NCBI RefSeq assembly: GCF_018350175.1 | Contig: NC_058368.1 | Location: 165,232,001-165,296,000 of the forward strand | DNA from: Felis catus | Lineage: Eukaryota | DNA: 64,000 nucleotides | Reading direction: 5' to 3' | In this document: positions 63,715 to 64,000 of the stretch, piece by piece | Layout of the letters: each line of letters begins with the position of its first letter | Numbering within the stretch: position 1 is the stretch's first letter | The notes under the pieces: generated by a model | What the model saw: the letters and a program-made list of their open reading frames with translations, nothing else | Databases searched by the model: none | Told to the model about the DNA's origin: nothing | Program-made: the position numbers and the translations under genes

Positions 63715-63945
63715 ATTAGGAAGTCAAAGTTAGATATTATTTCACCTGATTTTACTCAATAGCTGTGAGATTTAATATTAGTTACTTGGTTTCCTTAAGC
63801 CTCAGTCTCTTCATATGTAAAATTTGTATAAAACCAACTCCTTTTTTTTTAATTAGAAGTAAATATGATCTACATAATACACTTAGTATAGTGCTTGGTA
63901 CATAGTATTAAGCAAAGAATCTTACATCCATTACCATTAGCAGCC
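63715..63945 (+). mobile_element. MIR
   Basis: TAGCTGTGAG...GTTACTT...AAGCCTCAGTCTCTTCATATGTAAAAT...ACTTAGTATAGTGCTTGGTACATAGTA. Confidence 0.8.
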
Positions 63946-64000
63946 TGTTGTCTCTGTTAAGACACCCTGAAAAATTGGGCTCTAGCCAACAGTGTTTGTA

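Overview
AT-rich, CpG-depleted mammalian genomic DNA, almost certainly from a cat-family (Felidae) genome. It carries about 20 tRNA-derived CanSINEs of the feliform SINEC_Fc type and L1_Fc-type 3' ends. I find no credible protein-coding exon, RNA gene or CpG island. The listed ORFs are degenerate L1 ORF2 pieces, SINE or microsatellite read-throughs, or chance ORFs. The window reads as gene desert or deep intron. It is dominated by one near full-length antisense L1 (about 15.5-23.1 kb), a same-family copy lacking ORF1 (about 38.6-43.6 kb), a 5'-inverted L1 (about 48.1-50.5 kb), old MIR, L2 and LTR debris, and many microsatellites. I see no evidence of a new biological system. The most notable signals are two twin-priming L1 inversions, a local template switch in a SINE, a GATA-motif minisatellite inside a MIR, and unique-sequence motif clusters that may be enhancers (best near 52.5 kb). 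Repeat family names come from my recall of consensus sequences, not a database search. Boundaries of old repeats are approximate.
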